A DNA stretch of 64,000 nt from a virus. The notes under the pieces are model-generated. The model saw nothing but the letters and a program-made list of their open reading frames with translations, was not told where the DNA came from and did no database searches. Below, in pieces: positions 20,412 through 29,915 of the stretch. Made by a program: the position numbers and the translations under genes. The stretch lies in IMG/VR virus record IMGVR_UViG_3300017565_000003. The stretch is one strand, 5' to 3'. The number at the start of each line of letters is the position of its first letter. Position 1 is the first letter of the stretch.

Positions 20412-21056
20412 TTAAATCAATTCATCGACAATTTTTAATTTGATACCTTCATCATCAGCAAACATATACCATTCTTCATCTTCTTTTTCTTCATATAAAT
20501 CTGCTGAAATATCTGTATTATCAACTATGAAATTCTTAATACGTTCATCTAAACGATCATAGAAATTCATAGTGTTTTTAGCTTTCTTAGAAGTAGAAGA
20601 TACAGCCATAGAACCATCATGAATAAGAATTACTGTATTAGGATAAGCGACTCTATGATGTCCACTAATCAATAGAAGAGCACCCATAGAAGCACAAACG
20701 CCAATTCCTTTTGTGATAACTTTAGTTTTACTTTTCTTAATGGCATCAATGGCTGCAAATCCTGCAATCACATCTCCGCCATTAGAAGTAATCTGGATTT
20801 CAATTTGAGGACGATCATCGCCAACTAAACCTTTACGATCATCTTCTTCGTTCCACATTTGAATCCAGTAAACAATTTTATTAATAATAAAGGAATCTAC
20901 TTCACAATTAAAATAGATTTTACGCTCTTTTAATCCTAGCCAATATTGATATTCATCAAGTGAATCAGGTAAATTCTGTACTAACTCAAGATATTCTTTA
21001 TCAAAATCTATTTTTTCCATATGTAAAACCTCCAAATATTTATTATTCAGAGGCAT
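20412..21056 (-). CDS. clpP: ClpP-family protease
   Basis: SNGGDV, CASMG (catalytic Ser), ILIHDG (His); true start probably ~21021 (GGAGG RBS). Confidence 0.8.
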   Translation of the reverse strand: MPLNNKYLEVLHMEKIDFDKEYLELVQNLPDSLDEYQYWLGLKERKIYFNCEVDSFIINKIVYWIQMWNEEDDRKGLVGDDRPQIEIQITSNGGDVIAGFAAIDAIKKSKTKVITKGIGVCASMGALLLISGHHRVAYPNTVILIHDGSMAVSSTSKKAKNTMNFYDRLDERIKNFIVDNTDISADLYEEKEDEEWYMFADDEGIKLKIVDELI

Positions 21057-21111
21057 CGGATGAGTGATTACCTCATCATACCTAAATTATGTATAGTTTA
21101 TTTATAAAAAA

Positions 21112-21381
21112 TTATGATTCACAATCCTCATTACAACATTCTTCACAGCAATCACGTTCACCATCAAGAACTTCTAACAACTCAATCTTACGATTAATAT
21201 CGTTAACTAAAGCCTCTTTGAATCCTAAATCAGTTGCCTCATCAATTAACTGACGAACAAAGAATTCTAATTCATCAACTGTATTTGATTGTAGAATAAG
21301 TTCCATAAACTTTTCAGCTAGATCACAAGTTGGACATTCACAAGGCTCTTCGGTTTGTTGAAATTTTAGAATAGACATCAA
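21112..21381 (-). CDS. Cys-rich acidic hypothetical protein
   Basis: CECPTC and CCEECC motifs. Confidence 0.55.
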   Translation of the reverse strand: MMSILKFQQTEEPCECPTCDLAEKFMELILQSNTVDELEFFVRQLIDEATDLGFKEALVNDINRKIELLEVLDGERDCCEECCNEDCES

Positions 21382-21395
21382 TAATCTCCTTCAAA

Positions 21396-22445
21396 TTAAG
21401 ATAGTAATTTTTCATATGTATCATTTATTACGTGTTTTCGCAATATCGCATAAGATAATAAATTCCCAAAATCATATTTTTCTATATTGTCTTTTATTCT
21501 CACATGTGATTTATCAATATTGAATTCTATATGACTGTTGTTCTCTAATTTTTTCTTTGCATATTTAAACATATTAATGATTTGATCTTGTAAAGGAATA
21601 TAATCTTTATTAGATATTATTTCTATCATTTTCCAACCTTTGTTTCTAAGAAAGTAATATCTACTTCTTTCACGTTTTAAAAATTCTTCCTCTGTCATTT
21701 TTCCTAATTTCACATCTAGATTATGTCCAGATCCCTGGTACTCAATGTATAATTTCTCTTTAGGAAATGCGATGTCTAACATTAATTTACCTACTGGATA
21801 ATTTAATTCACCGCCAAGAATATCGTGGAAATATTGTTGTTGTCTAGAAGTAGGAGCAGTTTTATTTTCATACATTGTTTTAACGTATTTCTCAACTGAT
21901 TTTCCCTTTATTTCTGGAGATTGTGTAGCGATCTTAAATCCATATTTACGAAAATTTGTTTCGTAAATTTTTTCTTGTATTTCTTTATTAGCAAACACAT
22001 TTTCCACTCCATATTTTTCTAAGTTACCTCTTGCGATTTTGTCTTTAATTTCTTGAGAAGCTAAAGGGCTTTCTACTCCATAACGCTCTAGATTGGTTCG
22101 TTTTTTCTTATTAATAACATCTTCAACATGTGCTACACTCTCGACACCATAGATAATAAGATTGCTTTCTTTTGTTTTTAATCCTCGACACTCATTACAA
22201 GCGTCCTTTTTGACAGGTGATTTTTCAGCAAATTTTAAATGATCACGGTACACTCTATCGAAAGGTGTTTCACAATAGTCGCATTTAATTTTAATCTTTT
22301 TATGACTGTTTACAGGTAAATCATTTACATCTACAAAAATAGTCATCTTACATTTAATGTTTTCGTAACCTTTATTGATAAAATGCTCTATATTTTTATA
22401 GTTTATACCTATTTCAATCTTTTGTTCTGGTATCATATTATTCAC
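21396..22445 (-). CDS. Free-standing endonuclease with TNLERYGV repeats and Vsr-like C-terminus
   Basis: CDYC zinc site, repeated (K)YGVE motifs, LDIA...IEYQGSGH. Confidence 0.7.
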   Translation of the reverse strand: MNNMIPEQKIEIGINYKNIEHFINKGYENIKCKMTIFVDVNDLPVNSHKKIKIKCDYCETPFDRVYRDHLKFAEKSPVKKDACNECRGLKTKESNLIIYGVESVAHVEDVINKKKRTNLERYGVESPLASQEIKDKIARGNLEKYGVENVFANKEIQEKIYETNFRKYGFKIATQSPEIKGKSVEKYVKTMYENKTAPTSRQQQYFHDILGGELNYPVGKLMLDIAFPKEKLYIEYQGSGHNLDVKLGKMTEEEFLKRERSRYYFLRNKGWKMIEIISNKDYIPLQDQIINMFKYAKKKLENNSHIEFNIDKSHVRIKDNIEKYDFGNLLSYAILRKHVINDTYEKLLS

Positions 22446-22532
22446 CTTTCTTTGAAATGAAGAAAGGGCAGTAGGAGCATACCCTACTATTCGTCACCCG
22501 AAACACTGATTATGTATAATTTATTTTAAATG

Positions 22533-23753
22533 CTATTTCAATTTAAAGTCATATACAGTTGTTTTACCTAAACCACGTTCAAATATCATCATATTAGAAC
22601 CGGCATTAGCCGTTTTCTTTAACTTAACACTATATTCATCAATTCCACAGATGGAAGGTGACTGATAGAACTCAATATTCTGCAATCCATCCATTCCAAC
22701 TGTTTTATTATGGGTATTATGTAAGTGACCAGTTTTCAGCATATGTATTGGTTTGCCATAAACATTTATGTAATCTTTAATTGAATTCTCTAAGTTTTTC
22801 TCATCTTGACCATGAGTAGCTAATATCTTAGTACCAACAATATCAACATAAACTAGACTTCTATTATCATGAATCGTGATATTAGGATTATCTTTTAAAC
22901 TAGTTCTTAAAAACCACGTAACAATCCTCTCCATGTTTTCATGAGGGAAGTCACCTTTACTTGAACCGAGTGGTCTAATTTCTGTATGATTGCCTTGACA
23001 AGAATAATAATCAACATAAACATGTTTAGATAATTCATTTAGCCAAGCTGACATAAACTCAGCAAATCCCATTGCAGAATCTAAAATTCCTAATTGAAGA
23101 ACTTGTAGTTGAGACATCCTTAAAATACCATCAAGAGAATCGGAAAGATTGAAGACATTTAAATGTTTAAGATTCTCCTTTTTAACCTTTTGCAAGATTT
23201 GATTAAGTAAATCCCACATACGTCTTTCAAATATCTCAATATTATATTCATTGATAATTTCGCCTTCAAAGCCTTCAATACGAACTTCTTTTCCATAATG
23301 AGCATCTGCAATATCAACAGTAGCGTCAATGTCACCGATTGTTCTTTCAATCCTATACTCTGGAACTTTGACTGTTTTTCTGTTTTCTAATGAAATAAGC
23401 AATTTCTCGTAAAAGTTTTCAGTCCGACCTTGTTCACGAATCCATTTATTAATCTCATTCTTTTCGGCTTGAAGCTTAGTTCTCTCTAGTTGCAACTCTA
23501 ATTTTCTCTGAGTCATCTTATCAAGAACATCATTATCTGAAATATTCTCAGTTAATTTCTCACCATAGTGTTCAGTAATTTCCTTATAAGCATAAGAAAG
23601 TTTACGTAGATGGTCAGGGGAGCAATCCAAGCTTAGCAAGTCACGAATTTCGATCCAGTCTAAATCTAACTCTTTGTTGAGTTTAGCTATACACAAGCGC
23701 ACCTTATAATCAAAATCTGTCTCACTGTCCTGTCTTTTAAGAATAGAACTCAT
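22533..23753 (-). CDS. Metallophosphoesterase (YonJ-like)
   Basis: DAHYG, GNH, THG, GHLH calcineurin-like motifs; next to yonK. Confidence 0.8.
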   Translation of the reverse strand: MSSILKRQDSETDFDYKVRLCIAKLNKELDLDWIEIRDLLSLDCSPDHLRKLSYAYKEITEHYGEKLTENISDNDVLDKMTQRKLELQLERTKLQAEKNEINKWIREQGRTENFYEKLLISLENRKTVKVPEYRIERTIGDIDATVDIADAHYGKEVRIEGFEGEIINEYNIEIFERRMWDLLNQILQKVKKENLKHLNVFNLSDSLDGILRMSQLQVLQLGILDSAMGFAEFMSAWLNELSKHVYVDYYSCQGNHTEIRPLGSSKGDFPHENMERIVTWFLRTSLKDNPNITIHDNRSLVYVDIVGTKILATHGQDEKNLENSIKDYINVYGKPIHMLKTGHLHNTHNKTVGMDGLQNIEFYQSPSICGIDEYSVKLKKTANAGSNMMIFERGLGKTTVYDFKLK

Positions 23754-23765
23754 TCAATCACCATC

Positions 23766-23978
23766 CTATTCTTTAATAGGTAATTCATTTTCTTCTTTAA
23801 TAGTAATTGAAACGTTTTTACCATTAAAGTCTGATAAGATTTCTTTAAAGTCGTAGACAAACTCTGCTTCTTTAGTTTGTTCAGTTATTTCCATAACGTC
23901 CATATCAAAAATACCTTTTAAGTTAACTTGATTCACCTTTTTGCTTGCCATTGGTAAAACATCTCCTTTTTTCTCCAT
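23766..23978 (-). CDS. yonK: YonK-family protein
   Basis: MASKKVNQVNLKG...EITEQTKEAEFVYDF...FNGKNVSITIKEENELP closely matches SPbeta YonK as recalled. Confidence 0.8.
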   Translation of the reverse strand: MEKKGDVLPMASKKVNQVNLKGIFDMDVMEITEQTKEAEFVYDFKEILSDFNGKNVSITIKEENELPIKE

Positions 23979-24329
23979 ATAAAATAACCCTCCTAGATAA
24001 CTAAGAGGGGAGTTGGTCTGCGACTAGACAGACAATGTATTTGCACTCAGTCGTGCGGTACGCAAGGTACAAAAATAATGAATACTAAAGTAGGTGGGGC
24101 GGTCTCATGACTTTTCAGCAATGGTTCCCACATCTCCTACCAATCTTTCGAAAGGGCGATAGCTACCTGTTCTATCCTCTACTTTAGGGAATCGTGTAAT
24201 GTTAAATTCCTGGTCTACAATAGACAAATCTTAATAAATTACCGGATCACAATTGATCAATTGTTTAATTTATTTGTGAGAGTAGTATGTTGCTTGGGTA
24301 AGTATAGTTTTTGCTATACTTGTCTTACA

Positions 24330-25586
24330 TTAAATTAACTCTGAAAGTGAGGCTATGTCCGATCTTTCAGTCTTATCAAGTGTCACTACACCGAACAATG
24401 AATTACCTTTTAACTTTTTAAGTGTGTTAATTGCAGAATTATGTTTATTGTAGTCACTATCACTTTGTTTGATATCACCATTTAAGTAGATAAATGATTT
24501 TTCTCCAATACGAGAAAGTAATACTCTAGCATGATAGTCAGACATGGATTGTATCTCTGTACAATATACTCCACATCTATTGAAGCTTCTTCCACGTATA
24601 GATTCAAAGTGTTGAATTTCTATTTTACCTTTTTCAACCAACATTTCTAATGCTTCTATACCACCAAGCTGATCAGCAAGTGGCAGACTCCATGTTAGCA
24701 TTTTCGAGAAAAGATCACCTTTCAGGAATCCAACTTCACCTGAATCTTTAAGTTTTTGAATATTTCTAACAAAAACAATCTTATCAATTTCTTCTCTTTG
24801 GAGTGCTTGCATCATGTGGGCAGCCATCAAATGATCCTTTCCACTACCTGCTCCTCCTAGAACAAGATTCACTCCGATATTCTTATTTTGAAGCATATCA
24901 AAAGCAAGTTGTTGTTTTACATTAATCGGCTTTGTCTTGCCCATGAATAAATCTTCTGTAGGCTTAAATTTCAATTTAACTAATTTCTCACCGTCATAAC
25001 GGAAAGTATCAATTGCTTCATACCCATTAACTTCACCAGAAGTACGATGATATGTAGGTTTAGTTTTATCCCAAACAACAAGATACTCATTTTCAGCCAT
25101 ATTAAGATAGTTGTCATCAGAGTTTTGGTATATTTTAGCAAGCATTGCCTGACTTTCTACATCTTCACCTATGTATAAATCTCTAATTCCGGTATATGTT
25201 GAGTAATCGTTAATTTTATCATTATCTAAACTGACAACCTCAAGTCCAAAACCTTCTGCTTTATAAGTTAGTAGAATATCATTTGAAATGAGGGAGTATT
25301 GATTTTGCACACATGCAGCAAGAATATTGTTGTCTTGGTATGCGTCGTCATAGTCCTTACCTAATTCAAATCCATTATAATCTTTAGCATCAAATGTGAA
25401 CTTTTCTTTATTATTCTTTATGTATCTAGTTGCTTTTCTTGCTCTAAATGCTAACTCATCATTATGTGAGGACTTATGTTTATCCAATTCTCTTAAAGTA
25501 TGACTGAGTAGTACAATATTATAATCAGCTAGACTTTCAATATTGTCTAAGAGAATATTGGTATCTGCTACAAATAGTTTAGTCAT
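24330..25586 (-). CDS. phoH: PIN-PhoH (PhoH2-like) protein
   Basis: N-terminal PIN (DTNIL, ELD, DN) plus PhoH ATPase (GAGSGK, RGRSF, GDIKQSD). Confidence 0.85.
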   Translation of the reverse strand: MTKLFVADTNILLDNIESLADYNIVLLSHTLRELDKHKSSHNDELAFRARKATRYIKNNKEKFTFDAKDYNGFELGKDYDDAYQDNNILAACVQNQYSLISNDILLTYKAEGFGLEVVSLDNDKINDYSTYTGIRDLYIGEDVESQAMLAKIYQNSDDNYLNMAENEYLVVWDKTKPTYHRTSGEVNGYEAIDTFRYDGEKLVKLKFKPTEDLFMGKTKPINVKQQLAFDMLQNKNIGVNLVLGGAGSGKDHLMAAHMMQALQREEIDKIVFVRNIQKLKDSGEVGFLKGDLFSKMLTWSLPLADQLGGIEALEMLVEKGKIEIQHFESIRGRSFNRCGVYCTEIQSMSDYHARVLLSRIGEKSFIYLNGDIKQSDSDYNKHNSAINTLKKLKGNSLFGVVTLDKTERSDIASLSELI

Positions 25587-25844
25587 AATAATTACCCCTT
25601 ATTTTATGATGTATTTCAGGTAGGGAAGGTAACGAGGGGTGGAGACAACCTACCTTTATATAGAAGGGAAGAGGTAAACTCAACCCTTCATAACTTTTAA
25701 ACTTCGCATTTATGGTAGCGAAACACCAACTTATAGCATTCACCCTTAAAGGTGGTGAGACACCTGTTTTATCGGTCACGTTTAATGGCAGTGAAACGCC
25801 TATGTTAATATATATCCTTATTAATAGTTAAGTTTATTTATAAA

Positions 25845-26153
25845 TTATAAAGCAACAGTTTCTTTAAATGTCTTACCTGGTTTAAACGCAGGAACACGCT
25901 TTTCGGGAATTTCAATCTCAACTGTTGGATCTTGTGGGTTATGACCTTTACGTGCTTTACGAGTACGGGCTTCAAAGTTTCCAAAACCAACAATTTGTAA
26001 TTTACCTTGCTCGTTAGTTAAATCAACAATGCTATCTAAAACTGCATCTACAATAGCACTAGATTCTTTCTTATTAATAGAAACTTCCTTTTCTGATAAT
26101 ACTTCCTCAACTAATCCTTGTACTGCGTTTACTAAATCTGTTTTGTTTGCCAT
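25845..26153 (-). CDS. HU-like histone-like DNA-binding protein (YonN-like)
   Basis: GFGNFE, ARKGHNP, PAFKPGK. Confidence 0.9.
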   Translation of the reverse strand: MANKTDLVNAVQGLVEEVLSEKEVSINKKESSAIVDAVLDSIVDLTNEQGKLQIVGFGNFEARTRKARKGHNPQDPTVEIEIPEKRVPAFKPGKTFKETVAL

Positions 26154-26317
26154 AATGACAACTCCTCCTTTTAATTCTATATGATAAATTTATTTATTAT
26201 TAATCTCAGATAGAAAATTCCCAATTTTACTGTGTTTTCTCTATCATAGTAACAGAAAAACAAAAAAACGCTGAAACCCTTGGTGTAACTGAGTTTGGAG
26301 TATTTTTCTAATGGTGG

Positions 26318-27121
26318 TTAACTTCTTTTTTTGTTGTATTTCTTATATTTTTCGAGCTTCTTATCTCTACTACATGCCTCACAAAAGTTTTGTCGATTGC
26401 TTTTTGCTTTTATAGGTATCCTACAACTTTCGCATTCTTTCACTCTATTTTCTCCACAATATAAATCATAGAAGAATCCAATTACACTGTAATCATTTAC
26501 CGAAAAAACAATGTCATCATCTTCTTCAATACCATACATAAACAGTAATTTGATTTTACCATTTCCAGTAATTTCCACAATTCCTTTTTCATCCAAGACT
26601 CGAATAAGATCATGAATATTCTTTACAATAGATTTCTTTGTCTTATTGAAAGTAATCTTCGATGTTGCAACTAACTCTCTGTAATTTTTATGACCCCCAA
26701 AGTTAAAGTCACTACTTTTAATCTCACCATTTTTAATCTTTCCGAAATCTTTATTCAACTTTGTTAAAGCTAACAATGTGAATACGACTCGCTTATAATC
26801 ATGGGGAATATCCATTGCTTCTATAATACTTAATTCATTCTTTATGATATCCACTTTATCTATTTGTATCAGTTTGTTCTTTGGATTTAAGCTATGTTTA
26901 ACCGCAGTATTGATTATTTTGAAGTGAATTGCTTGATTAAAGCCTTTAAGATTGCTTTTGCAAAAATCAATTAGCACTTGTTTAATCTCATCCTCATTCT
27001 TACCTAAAGATTTATAATACTTAGCAATAATATTTAATTCAGTTGCAATGTATTTTGAAGTAAATCCATTTGAAATAATCTCCTCAGCATAATCCATTTC
27101 TTTGTAATGAAATTTATTCAT
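26318..27121 (-). CDS. Conserved phage protein coupled to the RNA polymerase gene, C-terminal zinc ribbon
   Basis: Overlaps YonO stop; CESC...CEAC. Confidence 0.6.
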   Translation of the reverse strand: MNKFHYKEMDYAEEIISNGFTSKYIATELNIIAKYYKSLGKNEDEIKQVLIDFCKSNLKGFNQAIHFKIINTAVKHSLNPKNKLIQIDKVDIIKNELSIIEAMDIPHDYKRVVFTLLALTKLNKDFGKIKNGEIKSSDFNFGGHKNYRELVATSKITFNKTKKSIVKNIHDLIRVLDEKGIVEITGNGKIKLLFMYGIEEDDDIVFSVNDYSVIGFFYDLYCGENRVKECESCRIPIKAKSNRQNFCEACSRDKKLEKYKKYNKKRS

Positions 27122-29903
27122 TAATTAGCGACACCTCTTTTAATGTGTATTTTGTATCCAAATATGTATATTCTCCATTTTTGCAAGGAATAGGGAGTGT
27201 TATTTTGTTTATTTTACTTTTAATATTTTCAACTATGTATTCACCATACAATTTCCAAAGTAGATCCTTATTTGATTCAGTTTTTTCAATGTAAAACATA
27301 TGTATTAAATAATCCACAAGTTCATCAATATTTGAACAAACCTTCAATAAAGACTCGTTTAAATTATCATAAACAATTTCTACATTTGCTTCAATCTCAT
27401 CGTCAATGTCATTTTTAGCAGACAACGAATTTGAAGTCGTAGAGGCTAATGAACTGCTATGTGCTTTAAAATCTTGGTAAGACTTTTTAACTTTGCTATA
27501 TTTTTTCTCGTCAATTGAAAGGGAAGGGTTACTCATTAAACTCTTATAATAGACAACTTCTTCATCTTGTTTAACAATGTTTCTTATACCAAAATCAATT
27601 GATTCTATATATCTACAAATCTTATTCATCACACAATTGCTATTAATGACCGGGGAATATTTATTGAATGTATTTATAAAGTCTAATTGCTCAGGTGTTT
27701 TCCTGTTTAATTTCTTTAAATCCTCAATTCCTACTCCAAACAACTGACGACAAGTGGCATCTTGATTATTGTAATAGTTCTTATATCTTCTTTTAGTTCC
27801 TTTATATAAATATGTAAAGAAATAAGGATGTTTATCAAGAAGGGTTTTATTTAAGGACTCCTTTTGCTGCTTAATTTTCTCTGAATCCCCAACTTCATCG
27901 ATCTTGTTATAATTCATCCATATCTTAGGGATTGATTTAACTTTCCTTCCAATTTTAGCTTTATCTATCTGAGCTGATTGTAATTTTGTACACATTTTTA
28001 TGCGATTCATAGTTGTTGTATATTCCTCACTTGTTTCATCTAGTTCAGCAAGAAGGGCATAACCACTTGTGCTTTTATTGGTAATCTGACCAATCTCAGA
28101 ACCAAAAGAATGTATATCAGCATTATAAAGCTTTCTTTCAGTCAGTTTTGTTTTATCAGATTTAGGTGGGATATAAGCAATAGGTAACTCATCCCTATAT
28201 ACACCTTTAATTATTGACTCATCACTTGTAGTAGCAATAATATCCATATCAAAATCACTACCAGCCCAATTCATTGTTTCATGACCGTGAACATTAACAA
28301 TTATCCCTGTGTTATTATATTTATACCATTTGTCCAACTCTTCATTTTGTTTCAAGTCTAATACAACATGTTCACTTCGGTAGGTGAGGGGAGCCCTCAT
28401 GGAATCAACTGTTTTTACACCTTTTTTATTCCAGTAATTAGAGTAGTATTCCTTTTTACCTAGTAAACCAGTGACTTCTAAACCACAAACATGCTGCATC
28501 ATAGCAAAAGGGTCTGAAACGATTACCTGGAAGTTCCCTTCCACTAAAATTTGTCCAAGACACCCGTTCTTAATTTTCTTTTTTACTAAATCATAAATCT
28601 TTCGCTTAATCCATTTATCATGAATAAGATTATGATCCAACATTAAAGCTTTAACCCAATGATTATCACTATTTTCTATGTATGAAGTAATCTTATCTTC
28701 GTCAATTTCTGTTCCAAGTAAGAAGAGGAGGGTGTAATGGATGTCTTTTGATGTCACACCACTAATCCAATCGACAAACTTACTACAAACTTTTTCAATA
28801 TTCCCCTCTAGCCTCAACGTCTGTAGAAATTGGTAGTTCATCTTCAAAATATCTTTATCTTTCTTGGGACTAATAAGTGAAACTCCCCATTGTAGTTGAT
28901 TCTTTTCACAATTTTCTTGATAAACCTCAAGACTAGGGAATGAATCCCAAAGTTTAAATTGGCTTTCAGAAATTATTACATCAGTGTTTAGTAGGTTTGC
29001 CAATTTTGGTTCACCGTTCTCATCTTTATATGATGTTTTAATCATGTAGTCACCATTGTTTATTTCTCTACAGAAGGCTTTTATATCAAATGTTGAAAGC
29101 ATTCCTTTTATGTAATTTTGTCGTATACACCACTGAGCAGGGACATAATCCAATCCGAGTTCATCTGCCCATTGTCTAGCCTTTTCAATACTAATAATAC
29201 CTTGACCATCAAAACGATTAAACAACTCAGTTATAGTTTTAACTTCAATTTCATCATCTTCGTTTAAATCTTTCTCGGTTACAAAATTAACTTTAACTTC
29301 TGTTTCACTTTCGTAATCTGGAACTAAGCAAAATCTAGGAGTAGATACTACGGATGTAGAACTCGTAATAAGACCTTTGTAAGCATTGAACTTGGAAGGA
29401 ACTAGTTTTTTACTTTTATCCCTTCCGTTATCAAATATCTCATCTAGTTTATCGGCCATTTCTGTCTCGCAGTACAAAACGGTCGATGACCTCGCTTGGC
29501 CGGCAGAAGAAGAGAACCTTCTAAAAATTTTTCCATTTAAGCTTAATTTATTTTTAAATAAATATCTGTAATGACTCTTGTTTTCTATTACAATACTAAT
29601 AACTTCGGGAACAAAGAGAATGTTATCAATTTTACGCTGAGTTTCAATAATTTTACTTGAATTCTCTTTTGAATGTTCTTGTTTCTTTAGCTTTTCAAGT
29701 TCATGTTTAAGTTTGTCTAATAACTGATAATCAACTTCTTCACCTTTAACGAATCTAATTGATCTAAGCAATTGACTATCAAACATTGATATAACTTCTT
29801 TATTTTCTTTTGCTTCTTCAAAAGTTAAATCTTGAATATCGTAATTGAATTCAGCCAATCGAGAAGACTTGAATTTGTATGTATAGAATATTTGTTTCTG
29901 CAA
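27114..29903 (-). CDS. yonO: YonO-like single-subunit double-psi-beta-barrel RNA polymerase
   Basis: 929 aa; SSAGQAR, FDGQG, RAPLT, catalytic GSDFDMD, IDKAK motifs; upstream of late genes as in SPbeta. Confidence 0.8.
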   Translation of the reverse strand: MQKQIFYTYKFKSSRLAEFNYDIQDLTFEEAKENKEVISMFDSQLLRSIRFVKGEEVDYQLLDKLKHELEKLKKQEHSKENSSKIIETQRKIDNILFVPEVISIVIENKSHYRYLFKNKLSLNGKIFRRFSSSAGQARSSTVLYCETEMADKLDEIFDNGRDKSKKLVPSKFNAYKGLITSSTSVVSTPRFCLVPDYESETEVKVNFVTEKDLNEDDEIEVKTITELFNRFDGQGIISIEKARQWADELGLDYVPAQWCIRQNYIKGMLSTFDIKAFCREINNGDYMIKTSYKDENGEPKLANLLNTDVIISESQFKLWDSFPSLEVYQENCEKNQLQWGVSLISPKKDKDILKMNYQFLQTLRLEGNIEKVCSKFVDWISGVTSKDIHYTLLFLLGTEIDEDKITSYIENSDNHWVKALMLDHNLIHDKWIKRKIYDLVKKKIKNGCLGQILVEGNFQVIVSDPFAMMQHVCGLEVTGLLGKKEYYSNYWNKKGVKTVDSMRAPLTYRSEHVVLDLKQNEELDKWYKYNNTGIIVNVHGHETMNWAGSDFDMDIIATTSDESIIKGVYRDELPIAYIPPKSDKTKLTERKLYNADIHSFGSEIGQITNKSTSGYALLAELDETSEEYTTTMNRIKMCTKLQSAQIDKAKIGRKVKSIPKIWMNYNKIDEVGDSEKIKQQKESLNKTLLDKHPYFFTYLYKGTKRRYKNYYNNQDATCRQLFGVGIEDLKKLNRKTPEQLDFINTFNKYSPVINSNCVMNKICRYIESIDFGIRNIVKQDEEVVYYKSLMSNPSLSIDEKKYSKVKKSYQDFKAHSSSLASTTSNSLSAKNDIDDEIEANVEIVYDNLNESLLKVCSNIDELVDYLIHMFYIEKTESNKDLLWKLYGEYIVENIKSKINKITLPIPCKNGEYTYLDTKYTLKEVSLINE

Positions 29904-29915
29904 TAATTAGACCTC

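Noticed and set aside
25579-25779. 66-aa ORF upstream of phoH
   Set aside because: No RBS, atypical composition; better explained as structured non-coding sequence
2239-29571. Short plus-strand ORFs in the track (e.g. 2239, 2521, 5830, 7544, 7829, 11924, 12491, 14977, 18203, 20071, 29386)
   Set aside because: Antisense shadows of long, well-supported minus-strand genes; no RBS or motifs
17666-29903. Introns or inteins in terminase or RNA polymerase, given the many endonucleases
   Set aside because: Both ORFs are continuous and of expected size with no intein motifs; the endonucleases lie between genes
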